Shown piece by piece: positions 1 to 11,891 of a DNA stretch of 64,000 nucleotides. Under the pieces are notes generated by a model that saw nothing but the letters and a program-made list of their open reading frames with translations, was not told the DNA's origin and ran no database searches. Position numbers and translations under genes: made by a program. Source of the stretch: an uncultured Ignavibacteria bacterium (GTDB taxonomy: Bacteria > Bacteroidota > Ignavibacteria > UBA10030 > SZUA-254). The stretch spans positions 22,095 through 86,094 of the forward strand of contig CAVRTZ010000017.1 in NCBI GenBank assembly GCA_963724215.1, written 5' to 3'. Each line of letters begins with the position of its first letter. Positions within the stretch are counted from its first letter, which is position 1.

Positions 1-342
1 ATCGATGGCGACGTCGGCATCGATGCCGGTACCTGCGCCGAGGTCAGCCGCGCGCTCAAAAAAGAGCTGGAAGCGACCGTGCTGACCACCGCGGATAATT
101 ACGAGCTGACCGTTTCATCCCCGGGGCTCGACCGACCGCTGAAATTCCCAAGGCAGTATGGGAAGCACGTGGGCAGGGGGATTTCGGTAGAGGTCAGGGC
201 CGGCGGATCGACGGAGCAGCTACGGGGAATCCTGACCGCCGCAGGGGACAGGTCGATAGGCGTTCAGACCGACGCCGCCGGAGCGGTCCGGGAGATACCC
301 TTCGACGACATCGTCGAAGCGAGGATCGAGCCGCGGTGGTAG
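1..342 (+). CDS. rimP: Ribosome maturation factor RimP (5'-truncated by window edge)
   Basis: Open frame from base 1 (IDGDVGIDAGTCAEVSRAL...YELTVSSPGLDRPL); the SSPGxDRPL motif; lies directly upstream of nusA. Confidence 0.93.
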   Translation: MDGDVGIDAGTCAEVSRALKKELEATVLTTADNYELTVSSPGLDRPLKFPRQYGKHVGRGISVEVRAGGSTEQLRGILTAAGDRSIGVQTDAAGAVREIPFDDIVEARIEPRW

Positions 343-387
343 GACAGGGACTTTACTCATAACAGTTTTTCAACAGGCAGGGCATTC

Positions 388-1754
388 ATGAATTCGGAAA
401 TCGTAGAATCGTTTTCCCAGATGGTGCGGGAAAAGCGCCTCGACAAGGACATGCTTGTCGGGATCATCGAGGATGTGTTCTCGATGATGGTCCGGAAAAA
501 ATACGGCATGGAGGCCAGGTTCGACGTCATCGTCAACATGGACAAGGGTGAAATCGAAATCTACCTCGAGAAGTCGATCGTGGAGGAGGTCACCGATTCC
601 AATCTCCAGGTCGACCTGGCGACGGTCCGGAAGAAGACGGACGAACCGCTCGACATCGGCGACGATTACGTGGAGGTCATCGACCTCCAGAGCTTCGGCA
701 GGCGCCTCATCGTCAGCGCGAAGCAGAACCTGAACCAGCGCATCAAGGAAGTCGAGAAGGAGATCGTCTATAACGAGTACAGCAGCACGGTGGGCGAAAT
801 CATCGTCGGCGAAATCTATCAGATCAGGAAGAACGAAATCCTGATCAACCACAATCGCAACGAGCTGATCCTTCCGAAATCGGAACAGATCGCCAGGGAG
901 CGGTACCGCAAGGGAGAGACGCTCCGGGCGATCGTCAAGGAGGTCCGCAAGGGCGCGGCGAACCCCCTCGTCATCGTTTCGAGGGCCGATCCCGGGTTCC
1001 TCTCGAAGCTCTTTGAAATCGAAATACCCGAAATCTACGACGGTATCATCGAAATCAAGGGCGTGGCTAGGGAGGCGGGCGAGCGGTCGAAGGTCGCCGT
1101 CATCTCGCACGACGACCGCATCGACGCGGTCGGCGCGTGCGTCGGCATGAAGGGCGTCAGGATCCACGCGATCGTTCGCGAATTGAACAACGAGAACATC
1201 GACGTCGTCAATTTTTCCAGAACCCCACCGTCTACCTCCAGCGCTCACTCGCGCCGGCGAAGCTCAAGAGCATCGAGCTGGACGAAACAGAAAAGAAGGC
1301 CACGATCGTGGTCGAGAAGGACCAGGTGTCCCTCGTCATCGGCCGGAACGGTCTGAACATCAGGCTCGCGTCGCGCCTCACCGGCTACGAGATCAACCTC
1401 ATCAAGGAGGGTGTCGAGGAAGAATACGACATGGACCTCTCGGAATTCAGGGAGGAGCTCGGGGAACCGCTGCTCGAACGGCTCATCGAGGAGGGATATA
1501 CCAGCGCGCGGAACGTGCTCGAGGCCCCCGCCGGGGACCTTCTCCAGATCGAAGGCCTGACCGAGGACAAGGTCAACGAGATGAAGTCGATGATGGAAAA
1601 GGAACTGGAGGAAGCCGACATCGAAGAGGATGGACTCCAGGGGAATCTCATCGTTTCCCCCACGGACCAGGCCGCGACCGACCGGAAGGACGAGCCGGCC
1701 CGGCCGCCGGCCCCCGAAGGGTCGGGCGAGGAACCGAAACGTGAGAGCGAATAA
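388..1754 (+). CDS. nusA: Transcription termination/antitermination factor NusA (one frameshift near 1215)
   Basis: FEIEIPEIYDG, REAGERSKVAV, DAVGACVGMKGVRI; the second KH domain (SLVIGRNGLNIRLASRLTG) continues in the 1137..1754 frame after a T-run at about 1212-1216. Confidence 0.96.
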
Positions 1755-1766
1755 CGACACCACTCA

Positions 1767-4443
1767 ATGACCGCTAAGACCGCACATAAGAAGATCTACC
1801 AGGTCGCCAAAGAGATCAACATCTCCCACGAGACGCTGATCGAGTATCTCGCCAAGCGCGGACACACGGTGAAGAGCCATATGTCCACGGTCGACGACGA
1901 GATGATGCACGACATCCTGTCCCATTTCAAGAAGGACAAGGAGGTCGCCGAAAAGCACCAGCGGAAGATCCAGAGCATCAGGGAATCCCGGAAAAAGGCG
2001 GAAGCGAAGACCGCCGCCGCCGAACCCGAACCCCTGAAGGAAAAGAAAGGGCGGAAAGCCGCCGAGCCGGTCGTTGAAGAGAAGCCGGTCGCGGCCGAGC
2101 CCGAGTTCACCGCACCCGCGGAGGTCGAGGAAGCGATCACCGCCGGGGCCGGGCAGGAGGAAGTCCAGAACCCGCGCCCGCGGCCGAGGAGGATGCCCCG
2201 CGGCCGGAGATCGAGGCCGCGGCCGTCGACTCCGCGCCCGCCGCGGACGCTCCCGCCGAGAAAAAGCCCGAGAGTTTCAGGGTGCGCCGCGCGACCGAAG
2301 ATGGGCCTGAAGGTGATGGGCAAGATCGACCTCGACGATGTGCGCAAGCGCGAGGCCGCCGCCGAAGGGACGGGCAAGACCCGCGACGGCGCGGCCGAGG
2401 CCGCCGAGAGCGAGGCGAAGAAAAAGAAGAAGAAAAAACGCATCCGGACCGAAACGACGGCCGCTCCCGTCGAAGAGACGGAAGACGCGTCGAGGAAGGG
2501 AAAGAAACGGAAGAAAACGAAGCACCTCGAGGTCGACAAGGTCGAGGTGGTGGAAGCGATCAAGAGGACCCTCGCGGAGATGGACGAATCGGGCGCGGCG
2601 ACGCCCCGCACCACGTTCAAGAAAAAGCGGAAGGAAAAACGGGCGCTCCACGAACAGGCGATCCAGGAAGCGAAGGCGAAGGAAGAGTCGATCCTGAAGG
2701 TGACCGAATTCGTCTCCGTGCAGGAGCTCGCCAACCTGATGGGCGTCACCGCCTCCGAAATCATCAAGAAGTGCATCGAGCTGGGACTGATGGTGTCCAT
2801 CAACCAGCGGCTCGACAAAGACACGATCACCCTCGTCTCGTCGGAATACGGCTACGAGGTGAAGTTCTACTCCGGGATCGCCGAAGACCAGGATGAGGAC
2901 GAGGCGGACGCGGAGGAGGCGGAGCATCTCGAAACACGGCCCCCGGTCGTCACGATCATGGGCCACGTCGACCACGGTAAGACCTCGCTCCTGGATTACA
3001 TCCGCCAGAGCAACGTGGTCGCCGGCGAGGCGGGCGGCATCACCCAGCACATCGGCGCGTACATGGTCACGGTCAACGAGCGCCGCATCACGTTCCTCGA
3101 CACGCCGGGCCACGAGGCCTTCACCGCCATGCGTGCCCGCGGCGCCCAGCTCACGGACATCGTGATCCTGGTGGTCGCCGCCGACGACAACGTCATGCCG
3201 CAGACGGTGGAGGCGATCAGCCACGCCCAGGCGGCGAACGTGCCGATCATCATCGCCATCAACAAGACCGACAAGGCCGACGCCAACAGCGAGCGGATCC
3301 GTCAGCAGCTCTCCGAGAAAAACGTCCTCGTCGAGGAGTGGGGGGGCAAATACCAGAGCGTGGAAATATCGGCGAGGACCGGCAAGAACGTCAACCTGCT
3401 CCTCGAAAAAATTTCGCTGGAAGCCGACGTCCTCGACCTGAAGGCCAACGCCCGGATGAACGCGAAGGGCGGCGTCATCGAGGCCAGGGTGGACCGCGGC
3501 AAGGGCACCATCGCGACGGTGCTCGTCCAGAAGGGCACGCTCAATGTGGGCGACTCGTTCGTCGCCGGCGTCCAGAGCGGCCGCGTCAGGGCGATGTACG
3601 ACGAACGCGGGCACAAGATGCAGTCGGCCGGCCCCTCAACGCCGGTCCAGATCCAGGGGTTCGACGGCATCCCCCAGGCGGGGGACTCCTTCTTCGGCGT
3701 CGACACCGAGCGCGAAGCGCGGGAGATCAGCCTGAGGCGGACGCAGTTGAAACGGGAACAGGATTTCCGCCTCATCCGGAGCGTCACGCTGGACGACCTC
3801 TCGAAAAAGATCCAGGACGGCCAGGTCAAGGAACTCAACGTCGTCGTGAAGGGCGACGTCGACGGCTCCGTCGGAGCCCTCGCCGATTCGCTCATGAAGA
3901 TCACGCACGCCGAGGTGAGGGTGAATGTCATCCACCGGGCGGTCGGCGCGATCACCGAGTCCGACGTCCTTCTCGCGGCGGCGTCCGGGGCGATCATCAT
4001 CGGATTCCACGTCAGGCCGAACCTGAACGCCCGCGTGCTCTCCGAACAGGAAAACGTCGACATCCGTCTGTACAACATCATCTACGACGCGATCGAGGAC
4101 GTCCGCAAGGCCCTCGAGGGACTCCTGCTCGCCCGCGAAGAACGAGGAAGTGACGGCCACGCTCGAAGTGCGGGACACGTTCAAGATCCCGAAGATCGGG
4201 ATGGTGGCGGGATGTTACGTCCTGAACGGGAAGATCACCCGCGGCAACAAGGTGCGGCTGATCAGGGACGGCATCGTCGTGTTCGACGGGACGATCAGCT
4301 CGCTGAAACGATTCAAGGACGACGTCCGCGACGTCGAGACGGGCTTCGAGTGCGGCCTGAGCCTCGAGAACTTCAACGACCTGAAGGTCGGCGACACCAT
4401 CGAGGCCTACAAGATCGTGGAAACCCTGAGAAAGCTGGGTTGA
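1767..4443 (+). CDS. infB: Translation initiation factor IF-2 (compensating indels about 2170-2290; frameshift about 4130)
   Basis: [34 protein letters not shown]-domain motifs; the C-terminal domain ([19 protein letters not shown]) is in ORF 4150..4443. Confidence 0.97.
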
Positions 4444-4452
4444 GGCGGGAGC

Positions 4453-4806
4453 ATGACGCTCAGGACCGACAGGGTGGCCTCGTTGATACGGGAAGAGCTC
4501 GGGACGCTGCTCGCGCAGAAGTACCAGGCGTCGCAGTACGGCCTGGTCACCGTCACCGAGGTGCACGTGACCCCGGACCTGAGGATCGCGAAGGTGTACG
4601 TGAGCATCCTCGGGGACGACGCCCGGAAAAAGGCCACGATGAAGCAGCTCGAGCTGGACAAGAAATCGATCCGGTCATACCTCGGGTCGAACATCCGGAT
4701 CAAGTTCACGCCGGAAATCCACTTTTACCTGGACGAAACGATGGAGCGGGTCGACAAGATCAACCGGATCATCGAACGCATCCATTCGTCCGACCAGGGG
4801 AAGTGA
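4453..4806 (+). CDS. rbfA: 30S ribosome-binding factor RbfA
   Basis: RTDRVASLIREEL, VTVTEVHVTPDLRIAKVYVS, IKFTPEIHFYLD; follows infB. Confidence 0.96.
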   Translation: MTLRTDRVASLIREELGTLLAQKYQASQYGLVTVTEVHVTPDLRIAKVYVSILGDDARKKATMKQLELDKKSIRSYLGSNIRIKFTPEIHFYLDETMERVDKINRIIERIHSSDQGK

Positions 4807-4861
4807 GGAGCGTCGGGGCGGGCCCCCGGAAACGGGACGGGGCCTCTCGCGGGCGGAAGCG

Positions 4862-5806
4862 ATGAACGTTGCCAGGGGCCTGGAACAAGTCGGGTTCGAC
4901 GCCAACTCCGTCGTCACCATCGGGACGTTCGACGGAATGCACCTGGGCCACATGGCCATCATCGCCGAGGTCCTGGGGAAGAAAGCCTCGTCGGGCGGTC
5001 GGTCGGTGGTCGTGACCTTCGATCCGCACCCGAGGAGCGTGGTCAACGGGACGCCGGTGGGGCTCCTGACGACGATGGAGGAACGCCTGGTCCTCTTCCG
5101 CGGGGCGGGGATCGACCTGGTGCTGGTCGTCGATTTCACGTACGAATTTTCCCGCCAGTCGGCGTCGACGTTCTATGAAAGCTTCATCCTGCGGGGGACC
5201 GGCGTGAGCCAGGTGGTCGTGGGCCATGATCACATGTTCGGCCGGGACAGGGAAGCGAGCATCGAGACCCTCCGGCAGATGGGAAAGAGTTCGGGGTTCG
5301 CGGTCACGACCGTCGGACCGGTCACCGCCGGGGGGACCCGGATCAGCAGCAGTTCCATCCGCAGGCTGCTCACCGACGGCAGGGTCGCCGATGCCAGGGC
5401 TTCCCTGGGAAGGCCCTACTCGCTGCGGGCCGCCGTCGTCAGGGGGGACGGCCGCGGCGCGCGGATCGGTTTCCCGACGGCGAACCTCCGGCCGGTTTCC
5501 GCGGAGAAAGTCGTTCCGCGCGGCGGAGTCTATCTCGGGTCGGTGGATGTCGGGGGGACCGCGCACCACGGAATGGTCAACATCGGTACCCGTCCGACGT
5601 TCGCGGACAACGGCCCCGTCGTCATCGAGGCGCACCTGTTCGACCGCGTGGGCGACCTCTACGGGGAGACGGTGACGCTCGGTTTCCTCGGGTACATCCG
5701 GGAAGAGAAAAAATTTTTGAACATCGACGAATTGACAGCACAGTTAGAACGCGACCGCGACGAATGCCTCCGGCAGATCGCCTCGGGCCCAATGACCATA
5801 ACGTAA
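4862..5806 (+). CDS. ribF: Bifunctional riboflavin kinase/FAD synthetase
   Basis: [46 protein letters not shown] motifs. Confidence 0.96.
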   Translation: MNVARGLEQVGFDANSVVTIGTFDGMHLGHMAIIAEVLGKKASSGGRSVVVTFDPHPRSVVNGTPVGLLTTMEERLVLFRGAGIDLVLVVDFTYEFSRQSASTFYESFILRGTGVSQVVVGHDHMFGRDREASIETLRQMGKSSGFAVTTVGPVTAGGTRISSSSIRRLLTDGRVADARASLGRPYSLRAAVVRGDGRGARIGFPTANLRPVSAEKVVPRGGVYLGSVDVGGTAHHGMVNIGTRPTFADNGPVVIEAHLFDRVGDLYGETVTLGFLGYIREEKKFLNIDELTAQLERDRDECLRQIASGPMTIT

Positions 5807-5820
5807 AGGAGCAAGGAGAC

Positions 5821-6090
5821 ATGCCTCTCACAAAAGAGCAGAAACAGGAACTCATCACCAGGTACGGCAAATCGCCGAGCGATTCCGGGACGCCCGAGGT
5901 GCAGATCGCACTTCTCACCAAGCTGATCAACGAACTCTCGGGGCATTTCAGCGGCCATAAGGCGGACAACCATTCCCGGCTGGGCCTCCTGAAGATGGTC
6001 GGCAAGCGGCGCAGGCTGTTGACCTACCTGCAATCGAGGAACATGGAGAGATACAGGAAAATCGTTGAAGACCTGGATCTCCGTAAATAA
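5821..6090 (+). CDS. rpsO: 30S ribosomal protein S15
   Basis: [12 protein letters not shown]...[13 protein letters not shown]...[22 protein letters not shown]; GGAG RBS just upstream of ATG 5821. Confidence 0.97.
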   Translation: MPLTKEQKQELITRYGKSPSDSGTPEVQIALLTKLINELSGHFSGHKADNHSRLGLLKMVGKRRRLLTYLQSRNMERYRKIVEDLDLRK

Positions 6091-6124
6091 GGGTCGCACA
6101 CACACTACTCAAGAAAGTCAACCA

Positions 6125-8398
6125 ATGATGAAAAAATCGATCGACATCGGAGGCAGGGAACTGAGCCTCGAAATCGGAAAGTTCGCGAAACAGGCCAGCG
6201 GCTCCGCCATGGTCCGGTATGGCGACACGATGGTCCTCGCGACCGTCGTCGCGAGCCCGGAGGCGGACGACAAGAAGGATTACTTCCCGCTCCAGGTGGA
6301 GTACCGGGAAAAAATCTCGGCCGCCGGGAAGATCCCGGGCGGCTTCCTCAAGCGGGAAGGACGACCGTCCGAGAAGGAGGTCCTCACCTCCCGCCTGATC
6401 GACCGGCCCATCAGGCCGATGTTTCCGGAGAATTTCCGGAACGAGACGCAGATCATGGTCACGGTCTACTCCTCCGACCAGGAAAACGACGGCGACGTCC
6501 TCGGGGCCATGGGCGCGTCGACTGCCCTCATGATCTCGAACATCCCGTTCGACGGCCCGATCGCCGAGGTCAGGGTCGGCAGGAACGACGGCCAGTTCAT
6601 CGTCAACCCGACGTTCGCGCAGCTCGAGAAGAGCGACCTCGACGTCATCGTCGCGGGAACCCTGACATCGATCGTGATGGTGGAAGGCGAGGCGAAGGAG
6701 ATTTCGGAGGCCGACATGCTGGCCACGCTGAAATTCGCCCACCCCTTCATCAAGTCCCTCTGCGATCTGCAGATCGCAGATCCGGAAGGAGATCGGTCTT
6801 CCCAAGATGGAGGTCGTCCAGAAACCGCTGAAAACGGACCTGATCCCGGTCATCGAAAAGCACGCGGCCTCCGGGCTCCGAGAGATCACCCACCAGGTGC
6901 TGAAGAAGGAAGAGCGCAGCGATCGCAACGGTGAGCTCTTCGATTCCCTCGTCGAGACCCTGAAGACCGACGCGGCGTTCGGCGCGGTCGCCGCGAAGCA
7001 CTCCGCCGGCGGTGAAACACTCTCCCAGCCTGACTTCCTCGAGAAGCACATGAAGCTCGTGAAGGAGATTGTGAACGACATTGAATACCGCGAGATGAGG
7101 GAGATGATCCTCTCCGAAGGCAAGCGGCTCGACGGACGCGGCGTGAAGGACATCCGTCCCATCGCCTGCGAGATCGGCCTGCTTCCCGCGGACCCACGGC
7201 TCGGCGCTGTTCCAGCGCGGCGAAACGCAGAGCCTCACCACGGTGACGCTCGGGACCAAGATGGACGAGCAGATCCTCGACGGGCTCCTTCCCGAGACCA
7301 CCAAGCGGTTCATGCTCCATTACAACTTCCCGCCCTTCTCGGTCGGCGAGGTGGGCCGCCTCGGCTTCACCGGCAGGAGGGAGATCGGGCACGGGAACCT
7401 CGCGGAGCGGTCGCTGAAGAACCTGCTCCCCGCGGAGTCCGACTTCCCGTACACGGTGAGGATCGTGTCTGACATCCTCGAATCGAACGGCTCCTCGTCG
7501 ATGGCCACCGTTTGCGCGGGGTCGCTCTCGCTGATGGACGCGGGCGTGCCGCTGAAGAAGCCGGTCGCCGGCATCGCGATGGGCCTGGTCAAGGAAGGGG
7601 ACCGGGTGTCGATCCTCTCCGACATCCTCGGGAACGAGGACCTCCTCGGGCGACATGGACTTCAAGGTCGCCGGCAGCGCGGACGGCATCACCGCGTTCC
7701 AGATGGACATCAAGATCCAGGGGATCTCGTTCGACATCTTCGAGCGGGCGCTGGAGCAGGCGAAGGCCGGACGCGCTCCACATCCTCGGGATCATGAACG
7801 CAGACGATCGCCGCGCCGAAACCGAACCTCTCGCCCTACGCGCCGAGACTCACCACCATCAAGATCCCCGTCGAGATGATCGGCGCGGTGATCGGACCCG
7901 GCGGGAAGATGATCCGCCAGATCGTGAAGGACACCGGGGCGGAAATCAACATCGAGGACGACGGGACGCGTCGTCATCGCCTCCGTCACGGCCGAGGGCT
8001 CCGAGGCGGCGCTCGCGATCATCAACAAGATCGTCGAGATCCCCGAGGTCGGCAAGACCTACAAGGGCAAGGTCGTGAGGATCATGGATTTCGGCGCGTT
8101 CGTCGAATTTCTCCCCGGCAAGGACGGGCTCGTGCACATTTCCCAGCTCGCCCTGAACCGCGTGGAGAAGGTGACCGACGTCGTGAACGTCGGCGACGCG
8201 GTGGACGTGAAACTGGTCCAGAAGGACGACGAAGGCCGCTACAACCTGAGCATGAAGGTGCTCATGCCGGGTTATGACGAGGCCACCGACCCCAACAAGG
8301 GGATCAGCACCAGGCCGCCCCGCAGGGACGGCGATCGCGACAGACGCGGCGGGGGAGGCAGCGGAGGCGGCGGTCACCGGGGCGGCCCCCGGCACTGA
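6125..8398 (+). CDS. pnp: Polyribonucleotide nucleotidyltransferase (several frameshifts)
   Basis: [56 protein letters not shown] (IGPGGKMI) and S1 ([21 protein letters not shown]) pieces spread over ORFs 6065, 6807, 7243, 7655, 7876 and 8075. Confidence 0.96.
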
Positions 8399-9944
8399 TG
8401 AAACCGGCGTCCAAGGTCCTCCTGATCATCCTGGACGGGTTCGGGATCGGGAAGAACCCGGCGATCGACGCCATCGCCCAGGCGAAGAAACCCTTCATCG
8501 ATTCCCTGATGATGTCATCCCCCTGGACGGTGATCAACGCGTCGAGCGAGGACGTCGGCCTGCCCTCGGGCCAGATGGGAAATTCCGAGGTGGGCCATAT
8601 GAATATCGGCGCGGGGCGGGTGGTGTACCAGGAAATCACCCGCATCGACCGTTCGATCCGTAGCGGGGCTTTTTTTACAATCCCGGCGTTTCTCGAAGCC
8701 GCCCGGACCGCGAGGGAAAACCGTTCCGCCCTCCACTTCATCGGCCTCCTCTCCGACGGCGGCGTGCACAGCATGAACACCCACCTGTACGCGCTCCTCG
8801 AGCTCGCCCGCAGGGAAAAACTCCCGAACGTCTTCGTCCACGCCCTGACCGACGGCCGTGACACACCCCCCGAGGGCGGCGCACGGTACATCGGCGACCT
8901 CCTCGGTAAGATGAAGGAGACCGGGACGGGCACCCTGGCCACGGTGATGGGGAGGTATTACGGCATGGATCGCGACAACCGCTGGGAGCGGACCGAGCTG
9001 GCCTATCGGGCGCTCACGGAGGGAAAGGGTGAACGCACGACCGATCTCACCGCCGCCGTCCGCGCGTCGTATGCCCGCGGTGTGACGGACGAATTCATCC
9101 TCCCGATCGTCCTCGCAGACCGATCGGGGCAGCCGGCCGGAGTGATCCGCGACGGCGACAGTGTCATATTTTTCAACTTCCGCACCGACCGCACCCGGCA
9201 GCTGACCCGGGCCTTCATCGAATCCCCGTTTGAACGGTTTCAACGCGTCCGGCGAGACATCTACTTCGCCACGATGACGCAGTACCACGAGGATTTCCGT
9301 TGTCCGGTGGCCTTCCCGCCCTCCTTCCTGACGAAAACCCTCGGAGAGATACTCTCCGGGCTCGGCCTGAGGCAGCTCCACGTCGCGGAAACCGAAAAAT
9401 ACGCACACGTCACGTTCTTTTTCAACGGCGGGAGGGAGGACCCCTTCCCCGGCGAGGACCGCATCCTCGTGCCGTCGCCGCGCGGCGTTCCGACGTACGA
9501 CCGGAAACCCGAGATGAGCGCCCACGAGATCACGGAGAAGACGATCGCCGCGATCAGCTCAGGGACGTACGACTTCATCGTGATGAATTACGCGAACGCG
9601 GACATGGTGGGACACTCGGGAAAGATGGAGGAGACGAAGCAGGCGGTCGGGGTCCTGGATGGCTGTCTCTCGCAGGTCGTCCCCGCGGCGCAGAAGGCCG
9701 GTTTCACGACCCTCATTACGGCGGACCACGGGAACGCCGACATGATGGTCGACGCGGACGGGGACCCCATACGGCCCATACCACGAACTGGGTCCCGTTC
9801 ATCGTCGTGAGCGACCGGAAGCGGTACACGATGCGCAAGGAAGGGAAGCTCGCCGATATCGCCCCGACGATCCTCAAGATCATGGAGATCCCGGCGCCCC
9901 CGGAGATGGACGGGGTGCCGCTCGCAACGGAATCCCCCCGGTAA
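8398..9944 (+). CDS. gpmI: 2,3-bisphosphoglycerate-independent phosphoglycerate mutase (frameshift about 9765)
   Basis: ILDGFG, GQMGNSEVGH, SDGGVHS, AETEKYAHVTFFFNGG, DMVGHSG, TADHGN; the C-terminus (HTAHTTNWVPF...LADIAPTIL) is in the 9300..9944 frame. Confidence 0.96.
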
Positions 9945-10083
9945 GCCCGCCGTGCCCCGCCGGGGCAGCCCGGGATAACCGAACCACAGACCGTCAGGTC
10001 CTGCGTCCCGAAGCATCCCCCCGGGAACTGAGGATCGGACCCTCAGCGCCGCGCGTGGTCACCTGTCTCCCGGTGGTTGGAGT

Positions 10084-11733
10084 TTAAATCTTCAGGATCT
10101 GGTGGGCGTACTCTTCCAGGCGGAGGGAGGAGGAAACCCGGTCGATGAATCCGGGCCCGTATTTGTTCAGGAACTGGAGCGCGTTGAATTCCCGTTCCTG
10201 GTAGTTGTCGTTCGGATACACCGTGGCGGACGCCTTGTGGAGCTGGCGGAGCGCCGTCTCGTGGCGTTTCGCCTGGGCTTCGACGGTCTTTTCCTTCAGC
10301 TGGGCGACGTTCGCCTCGTTCTTCGCCCTGGTGGTCTCGAGCGCCCCGAGGAGCGTCGGGTCGATGTATTGCAGGCCGAATTTCAACTCGTTCAGGTTGT
10401 CGTCCATCCGGGCCCGCGCCTCGGCGAACATTTCCCCGATGTTGACCTCCGAGATGAGATCGAGGACCTTCTTCTGGACCCGGGCGGGAGGCGCGAACAA
10501 CTCGTTGATCGTCAGCTCGAATTTTTCGAGCGTCCTGGTGACCCTTTCCTCCACGACCGTCGCGCTGATCCTCGGGTAGATGGCGGGCATCGGGATGTCG
10601 AAGTAGCGATACACCGGTTCGAGCTGCGCGAAATACGCCACCTCGGACGGGCCCGCGACATAGGCGATCGTCGGCAGGAGCGTGTCCTGGCAGATCGGCC
10701 GCAGCGCGACGTTCGGGCTGAGGAGCTCCGGCTGTGTTTCGACGATCGCGAGGAGCTCCTCCCGCGTCACGTAGTGCCTGGTGCCCCTGAGCGAAAAATC
10801 GTTCTCCCTCGGTTCGATGAAATACCGGCCTCCCTTGTGATAGAGGAAGAGGTTCATCGCCTTGGTCTTGATCTGCGCGTGGTATCCGTTCTCGAGCTCC
10901 GCGCTCCGCTGGATGATCAACTGGGAGACGGCGGGGAAGCTCTCTATTTCCTTCCGGAAGATGCCGGCCAATTCCTTCTTGAACCGGGGGTCGTTCGCCG
11001 AGATGAAGACGAGGCCCGCGTCGGGGAACAGGTGGTTCATCCACGTCGCGAAGGCCCGGTTGAACGTCGTCCCGGGCGCGTACGCCGCCCTGAGCGCCTC
11101 GAGGAGCGGTTTCTTGAACTCCGAGTTGGGGAGGGCGCGATGGAGCTCGTCGATGAACGCGTCGATGTGCTCGTCGACCACCATCTCGCCGACCGGCATG
11201 ACGTTTTTCACGACCGGCTTGCCCTTCGGCCAGTAGGTGATTTTGACCGGGTTGTTCTCCTGGTTGAGGATCCCCACCGAGTTCATCTCTTCCAGGTCGT
11301 GGTCTTCCCCCTCGAGCCAGAAGATCGGCACGAAGTTCAGTCCCGGGTGGACCTCCCGGAGCTTCTCCACGAGTTTCAGGGCGGTGATCGTCTTGTAGAT
11401 GGTGTACAGGGGTCCGCCGGCGATGCCCACCTGCTGGCCCGTGACGACGGCGAACGTGGTTTCGTGGGTGAGGAGGTCGATGTGGCGAAAGGCCTTCTCG
11501 GAGCCGGAATACGCCCGGTTCTGCTCGGTCAGGACCGCGGTGAGAACGTCGCGCCGGGAATGCCCGTTGCGCCGGTGGTGCCCGGGCGGAACGAGCTGCT
11601 GGAACGAGCGAAAGTCCGAGCCAAAAAACTGTCTGACCTTCTGGTAGTCGTAGAGGTAATCCCGGTACAGGGCCGAGAAACCTCCGACGGTGGCCGGGAG
11701 TTCGGAAAATGCTATGGACTTCGCGTCGTTCAT
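10084..11733 (-). CDS. bshC: Bacillithiol biosynthesis cysteine-adding enzyme BshC
   Basis: VVTGQQVGIAGGPLYTIYK, PIFWLEGEDHD, SPNVALRP, YVAGPSEVAYFAQL, coiled coil, then PNDNYQER; start taken at MNDAKS (11733). Confidence 0.93.
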   Translation of the reverse strand: MNDAKSIAFSELPATVGGFSALYRDYLYDYQKVRQFFGSDFRSFQQLVPPGHHRRNGHSRRDVLTAVLTEQNRAYSGSEKAFRHIDLLTHETTFAVVTGQQVGIAGGPLYTIYKTITALKLVEKLREVHPGLNFVPIFWLEGEDHDLEEMNSVGILNQENNPVKITYWPKGKPVVKNVMPVGEMVVDEHIDAFIDELHRALPNSEFKKPLLEALRAAYAPGTTFNRAFATWMNHLFPDAGLVFISANDPRFKKELAGIFRKEIESFPAVSQLIIQRSAELENGYHAQIKTKAMNLFLYHKGGRYFIEPRENDFSLRGTRHYVTREELLAIVETQPELLSPNVALRPICQDTLLPTIAYVAGPSEVAYFAQLEPVYRYFDIPMPAIYPRISATVVEERVTRTLEKFELTINELFAPPARVQKKVLDLISEVNIGEMFAEARARMDDNLNELKFGLQYIDPTLLGALETTRAKNEANVAQLKEKTVEAQAKRHETALRQLHKASATVYPNDNYQEREFNALQFLNKYGPGFIDRVSSSLRLEEYAHQILKI

Positions 11734-11762
11734 CGGCGAGGGATGGTCATCGGGAATGGGAA

Positions 11763-11791
11763 AATATAACCGTTCGGGCCCTGAGATGCAA
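11763..11791 (-). promoter_or_regulatory. Putative sigma70-type promoter for bshC
   Basis: Minus strand TTGCAT-N17-TATATT about 30 nt upstream of the bshC start. Confidence 0.6.
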
Positions 11792-11825
11792 CCGGGGGGG
11801 AGGGCCGGGGGTGGAAACCGGTCGA

Positions 11826-11854
11826 TTGACACTCTGACTTTTTTTGTCTATATT
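11826..11854 (+). promoter_or_regulatory. Putative sigma70-type promoter for the Rieske/cytb/octaheme operon
   Basis: TTGACA-N17-TATATT upstream of ATG 11892. Confidence 0.75.
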
Positions 11855-11891
11855 TTTTCGCTCAATTTCACCTTATCATAAGCACCGCGTG

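Noticed and set aside
1200-1230. Programmed frameshift or pseudogene in nusA (and similar breaks elsewhere)
   Set aside because: Breaks are scattered across many unrelated essential genes with no shared slippery site or stimulator, so sequencing indels are the simpler explanation.
2170-2295. Arg/Pro-rich insert in the IF-2 N-terminus, and the 1032-aa ORF reading through rbfA
   Set aside because: Both look like out-of-frame translation caused by indels; the normal IF-2 C-terminus is in ORF 4150..4443.
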